NCBI GenBank assembly: GCA_002269645.1 | Contig: NIVC01000309.1 | Span: forward strand, 62,001-126,000 | Direction: 5' to 3' | Length of the DNA stretch: 64,000 nt | DNA from: Macrostomum lignano | Lineage: Eukaryota | In this document: piece after piece, positions 21,749 through 36,000 of the stretch | How positions within the stretch are numbered: the first letter of the stretch is position 1 | How the letters are laid out: every line of letters begins with the position of its first letter | Translations under genes and position numbers: made by a program | The notes under the pieces: model-generated | Told to the model about the DNA's origin: nothing | Database searches by the model: none | What the model saw: only the letters and a program-made list of their open reading frames with translations

Positions 21749-24700
21749 GGATGCTGCTGGAACGACGCCAGGAGAGCAGCGGCGAGCTCCTCCACTTCCT
21801 GCTCTGAGCTCTGAGTGCTGCTCACTCCAGAATCCTGATGAGCTTCCTCCTCTTCTTCATCCTCTTGTTCTACGGCGTCGTCGCGGCGACCCTCCTCGGC
21901 TTCGGCAGTGGACATTTCGAGCAGTTCGACGTGCAAATCGTCGAGGCCGCTGCCGGCTCCCCCGCCGCCGCCGAGGTGTCGGTCGCTGGCCGACGAAGAC
22001 GGCGGAGTTGCCGACAAGGCCAGCTGGACGGCCCGGGCGATCAGCAGCGTCACGGAGGTCTCGGCTGAGCCGAACAGCCGGACGGCCTGCTCCCGGCTGC
22101 GCACCGCGGCGCCGTTGACGCGAAGGATCTGGTCGCCTTCGCGGATCCGACCGCACCTGCCGGCTATGCTGCCCGGTTCCACCTGCGGATTGGGGGGGGG
22201 GGCATCGGAAGCGGCTTTGATTTGAATTGGTCGGATTTGAAGGGTACCCTCGTGTTATCTGAGTTGTTAGGGGTTGAAGGGAGCGGGGTTGAAGGGATCA
22301 GGGTTGAAGGGATCGGGGTTGACGGGATCGGGGTTGAAGGGATTGGGATTGAAGGGATTAGTGTTGGAGGGATTAGGGTTGAAGGGATTGGGATTGAAGG
22401 GATTGGGGGTTGAAGGGATCGGGGTTGAAGGGATCGGGGTTGAAGGGATCGGGGTTGAAGGGATCGGGGTTGAAGGGATCGGGGTTGAAGGGATCGGGGT
22501 TGAAGGGATCGGGGTTGAAGGGATCGGGGTTGAAGGGATCGGGGTTGAAGGGATCGGGGTTGAAGGGATTGGGGTTGAAGGGATTGGGGTTGAAGGGATT
22601 GGGGTTGAAGGGATTGGGGTTGAAGGGATTGGGGTTGAAGGGATTGGGATTGAAGGGATTGCGGGTTGAAGGGATCGGGGTTGAAGGGATTGGGATTGAA
22701 GGGATTGGGATTGAAGGGATTGGGATTGAAGGGATTGGGGTTGAAGGGATTGGGATTGAAGGGATTGCGGGTTGAAGGGATCGGGGTTGAAGGGATTGGG
22801 ATTGAAGGGATTGGGGGTTGAAGGGATTGGGGTTAAAGGAATCGGGGTTGAAAGGGTCGAGGTGGAAGGGATTAGAGTTGAAGGGATCGGGGTTAAAGAG
22901 ATCGGGGTTGAAGGGATCGGGGTTGAAGGGATCGGGGTTGAAGGGATCGGGGTTGAAGGGATCGGGGTTGAAGGGATCGGGGTTGAAAGGGTCGAGGTGG
23001 AAGGGATTAGAGTTGAAGGGATCGGGGTTGAAGGAATCGGGGTTGAAAGGGTCGAGGTGGAAGGGATTAGAGTTGAAGGGATCGGGGTTAAAGGGATCGG
23101 GGTTGAAGGGATCGGGGTTGAAGGGATCGGGGTTAAAGGGATCGGGGTTGAAGGGATCGGGGTTGAAGGGATCGGGGTTGAAGGGATCGGGGTTGAAGGG
23201 ATTGCGGGTTGAAGGGATCGGGGTTGAAGGGATTGGGATTGAAGGGATTGGGGGTTGAAGGGATCGGGGTTGAAGGGATTGGGATTGAAGGGATTGGGGG
23301 TTGAAGCGATCGGGGTTAAGGGGATCGGGATTGAAGGGATCGGGGTTGAAGGGATCTGGGTTGAAGGGATGGGGGTTGAAGGGATTGGGATTGAAGGGAT
23401 TGGGGGTTGAAGGGATTGGGGTTGATTGGGGTTGTTGGGAAGATTTGAGACGGGTTAAGTGTTCGAAAAGGTTCAACATCAAGGTTAAGGGTTGCAGTAT
23501 TGAAGATCAAGTTGTACTAAATCGGCAAAAATCAGCACAAAGCAACCGGGAACCAACCTCTCCAACAAACACGTCTGTGGCCATTTCGGGGCTGCCGCTG
23601 TCGGCGCAGCTGTAGCAGAGGGTGAGACCCAGCTTCTCCCTCGCTGAGCTCCGGTGCAGCGTCACCTCCTGTGGGAAGGAAGACGCGGTTTGGTCTGCAT
23701 ATGGGGTCAGTTTGTTCATCTACAGACCCATCTATGGCATCAGTTCATTCATCTACAGACCCATCTATGGCATCAGTTCATTCATCTACAGACCCATCTA
23801 TGGCATCAGTTCATTCATCTACAGACCCATCTATGGCATCAGTTCATTCATCTACAGACCCATCTATGGCATCAGTTCATTCATCTACAGACCCATCTAT
23901 GGCATCAGTTCATTCATCTACAGACCCATCTATGGCATCAGTTCATTCATCTACAAACCCATCTATGGCATCAGTTCATTCATCTACAGACCCATCTATG
24001 GCATCAGTTCATTCATCTACAGACCCATCTATGGCATCAGTTCATTCATCTACAGACCCATCTATGGCATCAGTTCATTCATCTACAGACCCATCTATGG
24101 CATCAGTTCATTCATCTACAGACCCATCTATGGCATCAGTTCATTCATCTACAGACCCATCTATGGCATCAGTTCATTCATCTACAAACCCATCTATGGC
24201 ATCAGTTCATTCATCTACAGACCCATCTATGGCATCAGTTCATTCATCTACAGACCCATCTATGGCATCAGTTCATTCATCTACAGACCCATCTATGGCA
24301 TCAGTTCATTCATCTACAGACCCATCTATGGCATCAGTTCATTCATCTACAAACCCATCTATGGCATCAGTTCATTCATCTACAGACCCATCTATGGCAT
24401 CAGTTCATTCATCTACAGACCCATCTATGGCATCAGTTCATTCATCTACAGACCCATCTATGGCATCAGTTCATTCATCTACAGACCCATCTATGGCATC
24501 AGTTCATTCATCTACAGACCCATCTATGGCATGAGTTCATTCATCTACAAACCCATCTATGGCATCAGTTCATTCATCTACAGACCCATCTATGGCATCA
24601 GTTCATTCATCTACAGACCCATCTATGGCATCAGTTCATTCATCTACAGACCCATCTATGGCATCAGTTCATTCATCTACAGACCCATCTATGGCATCAG

Positions 24701-27700
24701 TTCATTCATCTACAGACCCATCTATGGCATCAGTTCATTCATCTACAGACCCATCTATGGCATCAGTTCATTCATCTACAAACCCATCTATGGCATCAGT
24801 TCATTCATCTACAGACCCATCTATGGCATCAGTTCATTCATCTACAGACCCATCTATGGCATCAGTTCATTCATCTACAGACCCATCTATGGCATCAGTT
24901 CATTCATCTACAGACCCATCTATGGCATCAGTTCATTCATCTACAGACCCATCTATGGCATCAGTTCATTCATCTACAGACCCATCGATGGCATCAGTTT
25001 GTTCATCTACAGACCCATCTATGGCATAAGTTTGTTCATCTACAGACCCATCTATGGCATCAGTTTGTTCATCTACAGATCCATCTATGGCATCAGTTTG
25101 TTCATCTACAGACCCATCTTTGGCATCAGTTCATTCATCTACAGACCCATCTATGGCATCAGTTCATTCATCTACAGACCCATCTATATGGCATCAGTTC
25201 ATTCATCCATCAAATGACGATTAATTTGGACAGACAAACTACAGAAAAAGGCTCATAAAAGCGAAAAGTGCTTTGCGTAGAAGCAGGCTACATAAAACTT
25301 CATCCGTTGGAAAAGGTGAATCAGTGAGTCTGCCAGCAACGCAGTTGGCGAGGCAGTTCGCCCTTGACATTTTGCAACACTTCTAGCAACCTGCTGTCTA
25401 AAGTGAAATCTAGGAATTCCAGTCCAGTCCACCCATTGCTTCCCATAGAGCCATTGGCCGTTAATTTCAAGGGTATCTAGCAATAAGTAAGTGGCCCAGA
25501 TGCTGCAGATCTGCATAAACACGCTAGCTCCAGCCTCCACTCGCTCCGTCTCGTCTTCTGCATTCCACAGAGCTGCAGCGAAAGCGAACAAAGAATGCGA
25601 AACAGCCTCCACGCCAGAACAACGCCAGTAACGCGGTGCAGGTGCGCCAACTACGGCACCGCACGAACTTAGGAAGGCAAGCGTAGCAATTTCTATTCCG
25701 TTATTTTTCACTAATCAGAGTTGAACTAGCAGTTATCCCTCCGCTAGCCTCCCCCCTCCCCCAATCTCTCTCTCAACCCCCTCGCCTGGGCATTCGGGCA
25801 GCTGACATTTGATTGATGGCGTCGGCACTGAGGCGGATCTTCACCGCATTCAGCCTCAGCCGGCGTGTCCTATGCCGACGAAAGGTCGGTAAAGTGCAAA
25901 GGCACTGGATGGCTGGTTTGCTTAACAACCCAGCAACAACAGGTTCCTCGCAGCAGGTCGTCGCTATCTCCTGCGACCGATCTGCTGTCCTTATTAACTC
26001 GCTTTTCTGCTGCTTTCAGGTCTTCTGCCAGCGTGTTTATTGTGGCTTTCTTTTTTGTCAAAGTTTCCGATCTCCCGACCGTTGGGGGGGGGGGTCAAAT
26101 TGATGGCGAACATTGGGATCTGAGGTAACAACACCACGGCGGGATGTCATCGAGTAGAGATTCGGCAAGTGCAACCTCAGGTCACAGGAAGGAAATGCCT
26201 GTCACTGCCAGGCAAGCAATGGAATTTGCATTCCAGGTGTGCGAGTGCAGTTTCCAAATTAATAACGGGAAGCATTTGCAAAACTGTTAAACTGGGTGAC
26301 ACCTGGATTAGGCATAGGAGTGACACCTAGATTAGTGACTAAAGTGATACATGGATTTAGATATCGGAGTGACACCTGGATTAGGTATCGGAGTGACACC
26401 TGGATCAGGGATCAGAGTGACACTTGGATTAGGGATCGGAGTGACACCTGGATTAGGTATCGGAGTGACACCTGGATTAGATATCGGAGTGACACCTGGG
26501 TTAGGTATCGGAGTGACACCTGGATTAGGTATCGGAGTGACACCTGGATTGGGTATCGGAGTGGCACCTGGATTAGGTATCGGAGTGACACCTGGATCAG
26601 GGATCAGAGTGGCACCTGGATTAGGTATAAGAGTGACACCTGGATTAGGTATCGGAGTGACACCTGGATTAGGTATCGGAGTGACACCTGGATCAGGGAT
26701 CAGAGTGGCACCTGGATTAGGTATCGGAGTGACACCTGGATTAGGTATCGGAGTGACACCTGGATTAGCGATCAGAGTCATATCTGAATGAAGGACCAAA
26801 AGGAAAGCACACGCACTCTCAGGATGCCCCTAACAAGTTTCCACCCCCAGCCCGCTCGAACCTCATAGTCAAACTCGTCCACGGCATTGTAGAAATTGTC
26901 ATCGAACGCCGCGTTGATGGCTCCGCACTCGAGATCTGTGAGCACCAGGTCCTGACTGCCGGACAGGCAGAGCGGCTGACGGGTGCCCGGCCGCTGCAGC
27001 TGGCAGCTGGACGAAGGGAGGTGGGATTTCAGTATAGGATCAAATTGGGATTTCAGTATGGGATCTGATTGGTATTTCAGTATTGGATCTGGTTGGGATT
27101 TCAGTATGGGACTGATTGGGATTTCAGAATGGGATCTGATTGGGATTTCAGTATAGGATCTGGTTGGGATTTCAGTATGGGATCTGGTTGGGATTTCAGT
27201 ATGGGATCTGATTGGGATTTCAGTATGGGATCTGATTGGGATTTCAGTATGGGATCTGGTTGGGATTTCAGTATGGTATCTGGTTGGGATTTCAGTATGG
27301 GATCTGGTTGGGATTTCAGTATGGGATCTGATTGGGATTTCAGTATGGGATCTGATTGGGATTTCAGTATGGTATCTGGTTGGGATTTCAGTATGGTTTC
27401 AGTATGATTTCAGTATACTCACAATCCATTACTACTGCCGCCTGCGGCTCCGACAGGAAGGAAGCCTTGGTGATGGTAATGAAATTCTGGTTGCATGACA
27501 GCCTGTGGCAGTGGCGGCGGTGGCGGCGGCGGCGGCGGCGGCGGTGGTGGAGGTGCCACGGTGGGGCAGCGCCATCCGCCTCCTTCGCTGCCAGCGAAGC
27601 TGCTGCCGCTGTCCTGGAAGCTCGGCGACACGCGCGATCCCGACCCCGAGCCTCGGCGTTGCACCGGCGACGTCTTCTTGGCGGCGGCGACTGAAGGCGG

Positions 27701-29936
27701 CGGTGGCGGTGGCGAGTTCCTGGAGGGCCCGGTTGGCACCTGCGGCAGAGGCTTCAACGGAGGCGGCGGAATCCGCAGGGGCTGCTGAACCGCTTGCTGT
27801 TGGTGCTGGCGTTGGTGCTGCTGGTGGGGGCTGTCTGGCTGTCGAACGACCTGCACGATGATTGGCTCGCGAGCGCAACGGAACGCCTCGACGGCCTCCT
27901 CGTGAGTTGCATTGCTCAAGTCTTGCCCGTTCACCTGGGGTGGGAGCGAAGATTTTGAAACTCATCAAATGGGATGCTGAGTCTCATCGGGATCTGCTTC
28001 CGATTGGCAAAGAAAAAGTCGGCTTCGATTCTAAATTTTGTCACTCTGGAACCCTAATAAACTCTCCTGTGATTATTTGTCACTCTGGAACCCTAATGAA
28101 CTCTCCTGCAATTGTTTGTCACTCTGGAACCCTAATGAACTCTCCTGTAATTATTTGTCACTCTGAAACCCTAATGAACTCTCCTGTAATTATTTGTCAC
28201 TCTGGAACCCTAATGAACTCTCCTGCAATTATTTGTCACTCTGAAACCCTAATGAACTCTCCTGCAATTGTTTTTCACTCTTGGAACCCTAATGAACTCT
28301 CCTGCAATTATTTGTCACTCTGGAACCCTAATGAACTCTCCTGCAATTATTTGTCACTCTGGAACCCTAATGAACTCTCCTGTAATTATTTGTCACTCTG
28401 GAACCCTAATGAACTCTCCTGCAATTGTTTTTCACTCTTGGAACCCTAATGAACTCTCGTCTAAGCTCGAGTTTTGTTGATCACTCGGGAACTCAATTTG
28501 ATTTTTCGTTCACTCTGGAACCCCAAAAAAACTCACCTCTGCACTTAGTGTTTGTTACTGTTATCTGAAAACATAAACTATATAATTTACAATCTCGATA
28601 AGTTATTAATCAACAGATCTGCCAGAGATACCGGACAGGCCATTAGATACTGTTATACAAGAGATCAAACAGACAAATCTCATTAAATTTTAGCTTTAAT
28701 TTAAACTTCAACTCGTACTATAGCCGCAAACATTATTACACATCCATGGTGCAACCGAGTGTAGAGGCAAAGTTTAGCCAAGATATGATGAAGAATAAAA
28801 CGTATTCATTGAATATGTGAACCCCCCCCCCCATGCAAAGGTGGAGGCGGCATCGCCTTTGAAGAATCTTGAGGGGGGGGGCTTGCCTGCCTGCCTGCCT
28901 GACTGACTGGCTGGCTGACTAGAGGGACCGCTTGTTCGAGCGGGTGTGCAAGCATTGTTACGTAATCAGTGGGACTGGCGGCACAGCCATGCCATCGGGG
29001 CAGACACGGCGAAAAAAACTGCTTTCACAGGGGCCGGCAAGGAGGGCCTCTGCCTAGTCAATATCGATTCACCTGCCTGCCAGCGGGATAGGGGAAAGAA
29101 TTACAAGTTATGGTGTGGGAATGCGCCCATCTGCCAGGAAGAACAGAGAGAATCGCACTTGCTCCCCGCAGATACTGTAGCTAATATTCGATCTGGGCTA
29201 TGCTGCATCATTGAACTCGTCCCACCTGTAACTTGCCTATCTGCCAGTACAGTAGACTACACGAATACAGATTCCAGGGACTGCTAAGGGAAGGTGCCGC
29301 AACTCTCTAGTCTGGGCCATCCGCAGCACTGCATGGTGGGGAGATAAGTTTAAATCTTCTGCGGAAATTTACCCGACGAAGGCCCCGGAATCGTCCGGAG
29401 AATTCGCTATCCGCTCCGACTGGTCCCACAGCCCCCTACCTGAGGCCCGCACTTTTTCTGTTTACCGCCGCCTCTCTCCCGGCTACAGGCTGGCAGGTGA
29501 TGGTGGATGAGGGGGGGGGACTGCAGAATTTCTGCTAGCTATTGCTGGAAAAATGCCCCCCCCCCGACAGCCTCTAGAGGATAGCAGCGGTAGTAATTAC
29601 TACAGAGGGAGGAAGGTAGCTGGATTTCTGCAGAAGCGAACGGGCAGTCCTGGCGATAATGAAGCCGACCGCTAGGGGCCAAGCGGTGTAGCAGACTGTA
29701 GCCCGCAGATTCTTTGCCTTCCCTCCGCTGGCTTGCGGCCATAGACAGTTGGTGAGGGAGCGGCCGACGCGGCTCGTAGATTAAATTTAACAATTCGGCG
29801 GCTTGGTGAATTTATTGGGGATGTTCGGGTGGTCTGAGGACTGTGGCTGGCTTGACAGCTAAATTCATGGCGCCAGTCTGCTGAGGAATCGCGACAGCTG
29901 CGGTAACTATCTATCTATCTATCTATCTATCTATCC

Positions 29937-30018
<82 letters not shown>

Positions 30019-30019
30019 A

Positions 30020-30065
<46 letters not shown>

Positions 30066-33000
30066 ATCTATCTATCTATCTATCTATGTATCTATCTATC
30101 TATCTATCATCTATCTATCTATCTATTTAAGCTCTGTATTCTAATTAATTCAACATTCATGTGTAGTCGTAAAAGAAATGAATCAAAATAAAGGTCAGCT
30201 GAGTTCACTAGGGCCCAGGCCCAGCAACTGCAGCCGGGCCTGTGTCTCCGCCCCCTCTTCTGCCATAGCTTCAGCTGCATAGGATAGGGCATGCTACGTC
30301 GATTGAATCGAATTACGTAACTGATTGGATCGAAAGAGGCGGCCAAGCGGGCTGGAACAGCTGTGCTCCTACAGTTCGAATCGAATAGTTGCTCAACTAC
30401 TACAGGATTTGCTCAGTTGACTCGGCCGCTGTTACAAGAGATTGCTCATGTCATGCTCTGTCCGGGATGCGGTCGCGCGCGAGCTTAAATAACAAGCCGC
30501 TATGCACCAATTGGCGCTGAGCTCATATTGAGTGTGAGTCATGGACGCACCGGTGAGGGCGAGACCATTGGGACTGTGGGGTCAATTTCGCCTATGCATG
30601 GGTCTTCTCAATATTTACTGTTTCAAAAGTAATCCAGCAGATTACAATTGCAATTTAAATATATTGTGTAATATAGTATATAAGTATATATAGACAACTA
30701 AAATTTTAGTATATAGGACTAGCAATCTGCGCCCCCTGTGGGGGGGGATAATAAATGAGGGAATAAATATTATTTAATTTTAACTTCAGCATCAGCTCTG
30801 AAAGACAGCTAACCAGCCTAAGATATCAGCATTTCCCTGTGAGCTTTGACATCAAAGCCTCCCTTTAAACCGTGGCCTTACCATAACTCTTACACTGTTC
30901 TTGGTGCTTGGATGAGATGGGACTCTGCTACTATCATCTTGGATGAGATGGGACTCTGCTACTATCATCTTGGATGAGATGGGACTCAACTACTATCATC
31001 TTGGATGAGATGGGACTCAACTACTATCATCTTGGATGAGATGGGACTCAACTACTATCATCTTGGATGAGATGGGACTCAACTACTATCATCTTGGATG
31101 AGATGGGACTCAACTACCATCATCTTGGATGAGATGGGACTCAACTACTATCATCTTGGATGAGATGGGACTCAACTACTATCATCTTGGATGAGATGGG
31201 ACTCAACTACTATCATCTTGGATGAGATGGGACTCAACTACTATCATCTTGGATGAGATGGGACTCAACTACTATCATCTTGGATGAGATGGGACTCAAC
31301 TACTATCATTTTGGATGAGATAGGACTCAGCTACTATCATCTTGAATGAGATGGGACTCAACTATCATCTTGGAAGAGATAGGATTCAGCTACAATCATC
31401 TTGAATGAGATAGGACTCAAATTTCTAAAACTTGTCAGTCTGAGTTTTGGAAAATCCGGGCCTTCAAAAAGAGATCTCCAAGAAAAAAAGCATGTTGTTT
31501 ATTTGCTTCTGGTTGTGATTTGGTCTTGAGCGAAGAAGCAGCATCTGATCTAAAATAAATAAAATATTACCTTCAGAATTATGAAGTCCATTGTGTGCTT
31601 GAAATTGTTAAATTATCACCGAGAGCTGCGCTGTCGAAATCAAAGATGAAGCCTCTTTTAATTGCTTGAAATTTCGGACATTATTTCCGGTGATTATTCT
31701 ATGTCGGAACTGGACTTAGCAGGAATAAAGTGACTAGTCTACATGCCAACTTCGATATTCTGTTTTGCTGCAACAAGCCTTCTAGAAGTAAGTTGTTCAT
31801 CGACCCCCACCCCAGCTATATGCCCGACCCATTCGACCAGCTTCAGTTTTTCATTGGCTGCATCAGGCCTTCCTCGTGTATTTCTGACAGTTTCTGCAAT
31901 CTTTACATCAGTATATTTTATGGCTTAACTTGCTTTACTTTCTACTGCACACCAGATTAGTCAGTAGCTTAATCGACCGTGGCAAGTATTTCTTTCCAAA
32001 TGAAAAACAAACAAAAAATCGGAAACGGGGCGCTTGGCTGATTCCGAATCGGGGCAGACAGACAGACTGACTGACTGATTTAGAGAAATTTTGCCTCCAG
32101 AAATTTCTTCTGACGGGCGAACTTCTCTCGCAGGGGGTGAGCTTAGAGGGAGGCGCGTGCAGTGACTCATCTTGAGTTGCCGAAGTCCCCGAGACTGTTA
32201 TTAGCTAGCTGATTCACTGAATCGATCCAAAGCGAACCGAACCCGATGAGCTCTGGCCAGACAGACTTATTCAATTAAACATAAATTTCTCGGGAATTCT
32301 TTCGGCTCCCCGAATCCTACAGGAAATTTCTCCTTTAATGGAAACTCGCTGCGAGCCCAAAAGTCCTTGAACTGAACCTAACAGCACAGACAGAGAAGGA
32401 GATCATTTGAAAAGTTGAATTAGAATTATTTGCATCCGGGAATGGCCTCCGGTTATCGGGGATCTTCCCAAACTGCGGGCGGCTGAACTTCCCTCTTCCA
32501 TCTCAGAGTCATTACTCGACAGGCCTGCTCTCGAGCTGCACTGACTCACGCATAACATTATCGGGGAAGTGAGCCTTAAAATCCTTCCCTATAGTCGAAG
32601 GCAGGATAATCCCGCGGGAACATTGGGGATTTTCCGGTAAAGAAACGGACTAAAAAGAAGGCAAAGAGCTGGGAGCCGATCTCAGCTGCCTCATCTACAT
32701 TCTGGTTAAGCCTGCATTTAAAATGAGCAACAACAACAGGGCATAGACCTTCAGATTCAATTTCCTGAGCATAGCAAATTCAACTCTGGCAGCATGTGAC
32801 TGGCTATTTGTCACCCGCTTCCTCAGTCTTGGCTACTCAAGCTCAGCAAACCGGACATTCCTTCCGCAGTGCAGCTCAGCGCGTACAGTCAGCTAAGGCC
32901 ACGCCCTGAGTGACGATTTTGATTGACAGGTGAGGAGCCGCTCACGAACCCACCCACTCACCCAGCCCTAAATGCTGTCTGAATGCACAGCCGCTTATGA

Positions 33001-36000
33001 AACAGAAGGAGTGACTGAGCAGAGAGGGCTAGCTCATTGGCACTGTGGACTGCGACTCAACGGTTGAGAGAAAAAGTGCAATGCTAGCGTCTAATGAACG
33101 CTGAGCTGCCATTCTCAAAGGAAAATATTCCCAGAGAAGGGACTCTCACAGGACAGGAAAGAGACTCTCACGGGACAGGGGAGAGACTTTCAAAGGACAG
33201 GGGAGAGACTCTCACAGGATAGGGGAGACTCACAGGACAGGGACAGACTCAAAGGACAAGGAAGAGACTCTCACATGATAGGGGAAGGGGGAGATTCTCA
33301 CAGGGCAGGGAAGAGACTCTCACAGGACAGTGGAGAGACTCTCACAGGGCAGGGGAGAGACTCTCACAGGACAGGGGTGAGACTCTCACGAGACAGGAAG
33401 AGACTCTCACAGGACAAGGGAGAGACTCTCACAGAACAGGGGAGATAGAGACTCTCACAGGACAAGGGAGAGGCTCCACAATACAGGGGAGAGACTCTCA
33501 CGGGACAGGGGAGAGACTCTCAAAGGACAGGGGAGAGACTCTCACAGGATAGGGGAGACTCACAGGACAGGGACAGACTCAAAGGACAAGGAAGAGACTC
33601 TCACATGATAGGGGAAGGGGGAGATTCTCACAGGACAGGGAAGAGACTCACTGGACAGGGGAGATAGAGACTCTCACAGGACAAGGGAGAGACTCTCACA
33701 GAACAGGGGAGATAGAGACTCCCACAGGACAAGGAAGAGGCTCGCACAATACAGGGGAGAGACTCTCACGAGACAGGAAGAGACTCTAACAGGACAGGGA
33801 AGAGACTCACTGGACAGGGGAGATAGAGACTCTCACAGGACAAGGGAGAGACTCTCACAGAACAGGGGAGATAGAGACTCTCACAGGACAAGGGAGAGGC
33901 TCGCACAATACAGGGGAGAGACTCTCACGAGACAGGAAGAGACTCTCACAGGACAGGGGAGAGACTCTCACAGGACAGGGGATAGAGACTCTCACAGGAC
34001 AGGGAAGAGACTCTCACAGGACAGGGAAGAGACTCTCACAGGACAGGGGAGATAGAGACTCTCACAGGACAGGGGAGATAGAGACTCTCACAGGACAGGG
34101 GAGAGACTCTCACAGGACGGGGGAGATAGAGACTCTCACAGGACAGGGGAGATAGAGACTCTCACAGGACAGGGGAGAAGAGAATCTAAAGGACAAGGAA
34201 GAGACTCTCACATGATAGGGGAAGGGGGGGATTCTCACAGGGCAGGGAAGAGACTCTCACAGGACAGTGGAGAGACTCTCACAGGGCAGGGGAGAGACTC
34301 TCACAGGATAGGGGAGACTCACAGGACAGGGACAGACTCAAAGGACAAGGAACAGACTCTCACATGATTTTTTTTTATTAGAGGCATGGGGGTTGTGTGC
34401 ACCCTGGCGCACTTTAAGCGACATAGGCACACAACCGGCGAGAGGCATTAGTGCCCATTCCGCCGACTCCCCTGAGCAGGCATACAAGCGCGCGGATACG
34501 TACGCAGGCACACACTCACACAGGAGTGTACAGCGGCCCTAACTTTATATTATCGTTAGGCATGTACACTTCACTGCGCCTTGGGGGGTTGGCTCTCAAG
34601 GCCGTTAATTGCACGAGCAGAGCCAAGCCGAGATTCCAATTCAGCCCCAAATTAATGTGACTGCACTTGGAATCGAGCCTGGGTCGCTGGCACACCAGAG
34701 CAGCTGCGCTACCGCTGGGCTACGGCCCCCCTCACTCTCACATAATAGGGGAAGGGGGAGATTCTCACAGGGCAGTGGATAGACTCTCACAGGGCAGGGG
34801 AAAGACTCTCACAGGACAGGGGAGAGACTCTCACAGGACAGGGGAGATAGAGACTCTCACAGGACAGGGGAGAGACTCTCACAGGACAGGGGAGAGACTC
34901 TCACAGGACAGGGGAGAGACTCTCACAGGACAGGGGAAAGACTCTCAGAGGACAGGGGAGATAGAGACTCTCACGAACAGGGAAGAGACTCTCACAGGAC
35001 AAGGGAAAGACTCTCACAGGACAGGGAAAAGACTCTCAGAGGACAGGGGAGATAGAGACTCTCACAGGACAGGGAAGAGACTCTCACAGGACACGGGAGA
35101 GACTCTCACAGGACAGGAAGAGACTCTCACGAGACAGGAAGAGACTCTCACAGGACAGGGGAGATAGAGACTCTCACAGGACAGGAAGAGACTCTCACAG
35201 GACAGGGAAGAGACTCTCACAGGACAGGGGAGATAGAGACTCTCACAGGACAGGGAAGAGACTCTCACAGGACAGGGGAGATAGAGACTCTCACAGGACA
35301 GGGGAGAGACTCTCGCAGGACAGGGGAGATAGAGACTCTCACAGGACAAGGGAGAGACTCTCACAGGATAGGGAAGAGACTCTCACAGGACACGGGAGAG
35401 ACTCTCACAGGACAGGAAGAGACTCTCACGAGACAGGAAGAGACTCTCACAGGACAGGGGAGATAGAGACTCTCACAGGACAGGGGAGAGACTCTCACAG
35501 GACAGGGGAGATGGAGACTCTCACAGGACAGGGGAAAGACTCTCAGAGGACAGGGGAGATAGAGACTCTCACAGGACAGGGAAGAGACTCTCACAGGACA
35601 GGGGAGAGACTCTCACAGGACAGGGGAGAGACTCTCACAGGACAGGGGAAAGACTCTCAGAGGACAGGGGAGATAGAGACTCTCACAGGACAGGGGAGAG
35701 ACTCTCACAGGACACGGGAGAGACTCTCACAGGACAGGAAGAGACTCTCACAGGACAGGGGAGATAGAGACTCTCACAGGACAGGGAAGAGACTCTCACA
35801 GGACAGGGGAGATAGACTCTCACAGGACAAGGGAGAGGGTCGCACAGAACAGGGGAGAGACTCTCACAGGACAGGGGAGAGACTCTCACAGGACAGGGGA
35901 GATAGAGACTCTCACAGGACAGGGGAGAGACTCTCGCAGGACAGGGGAGATAGAGACTCTCACAAGACAAGGGAGAGGCTCGCACAGAACAGGGGAGAGA

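Noticed and set aside
22274-25258. ORFs of 369-534 aa made of GIGVE / [11 protein letters not shown] repeats
   Set aside because: Intronic minisatellites within the PDZRN gene; frames are open because the units lack stops.
25253-26100. ORFs that might be degenerate retroelement sequence or extra PDZRN exons
   Set aside because: No recognisable catalytic motif, and the PDZRN model joins in phase without them.
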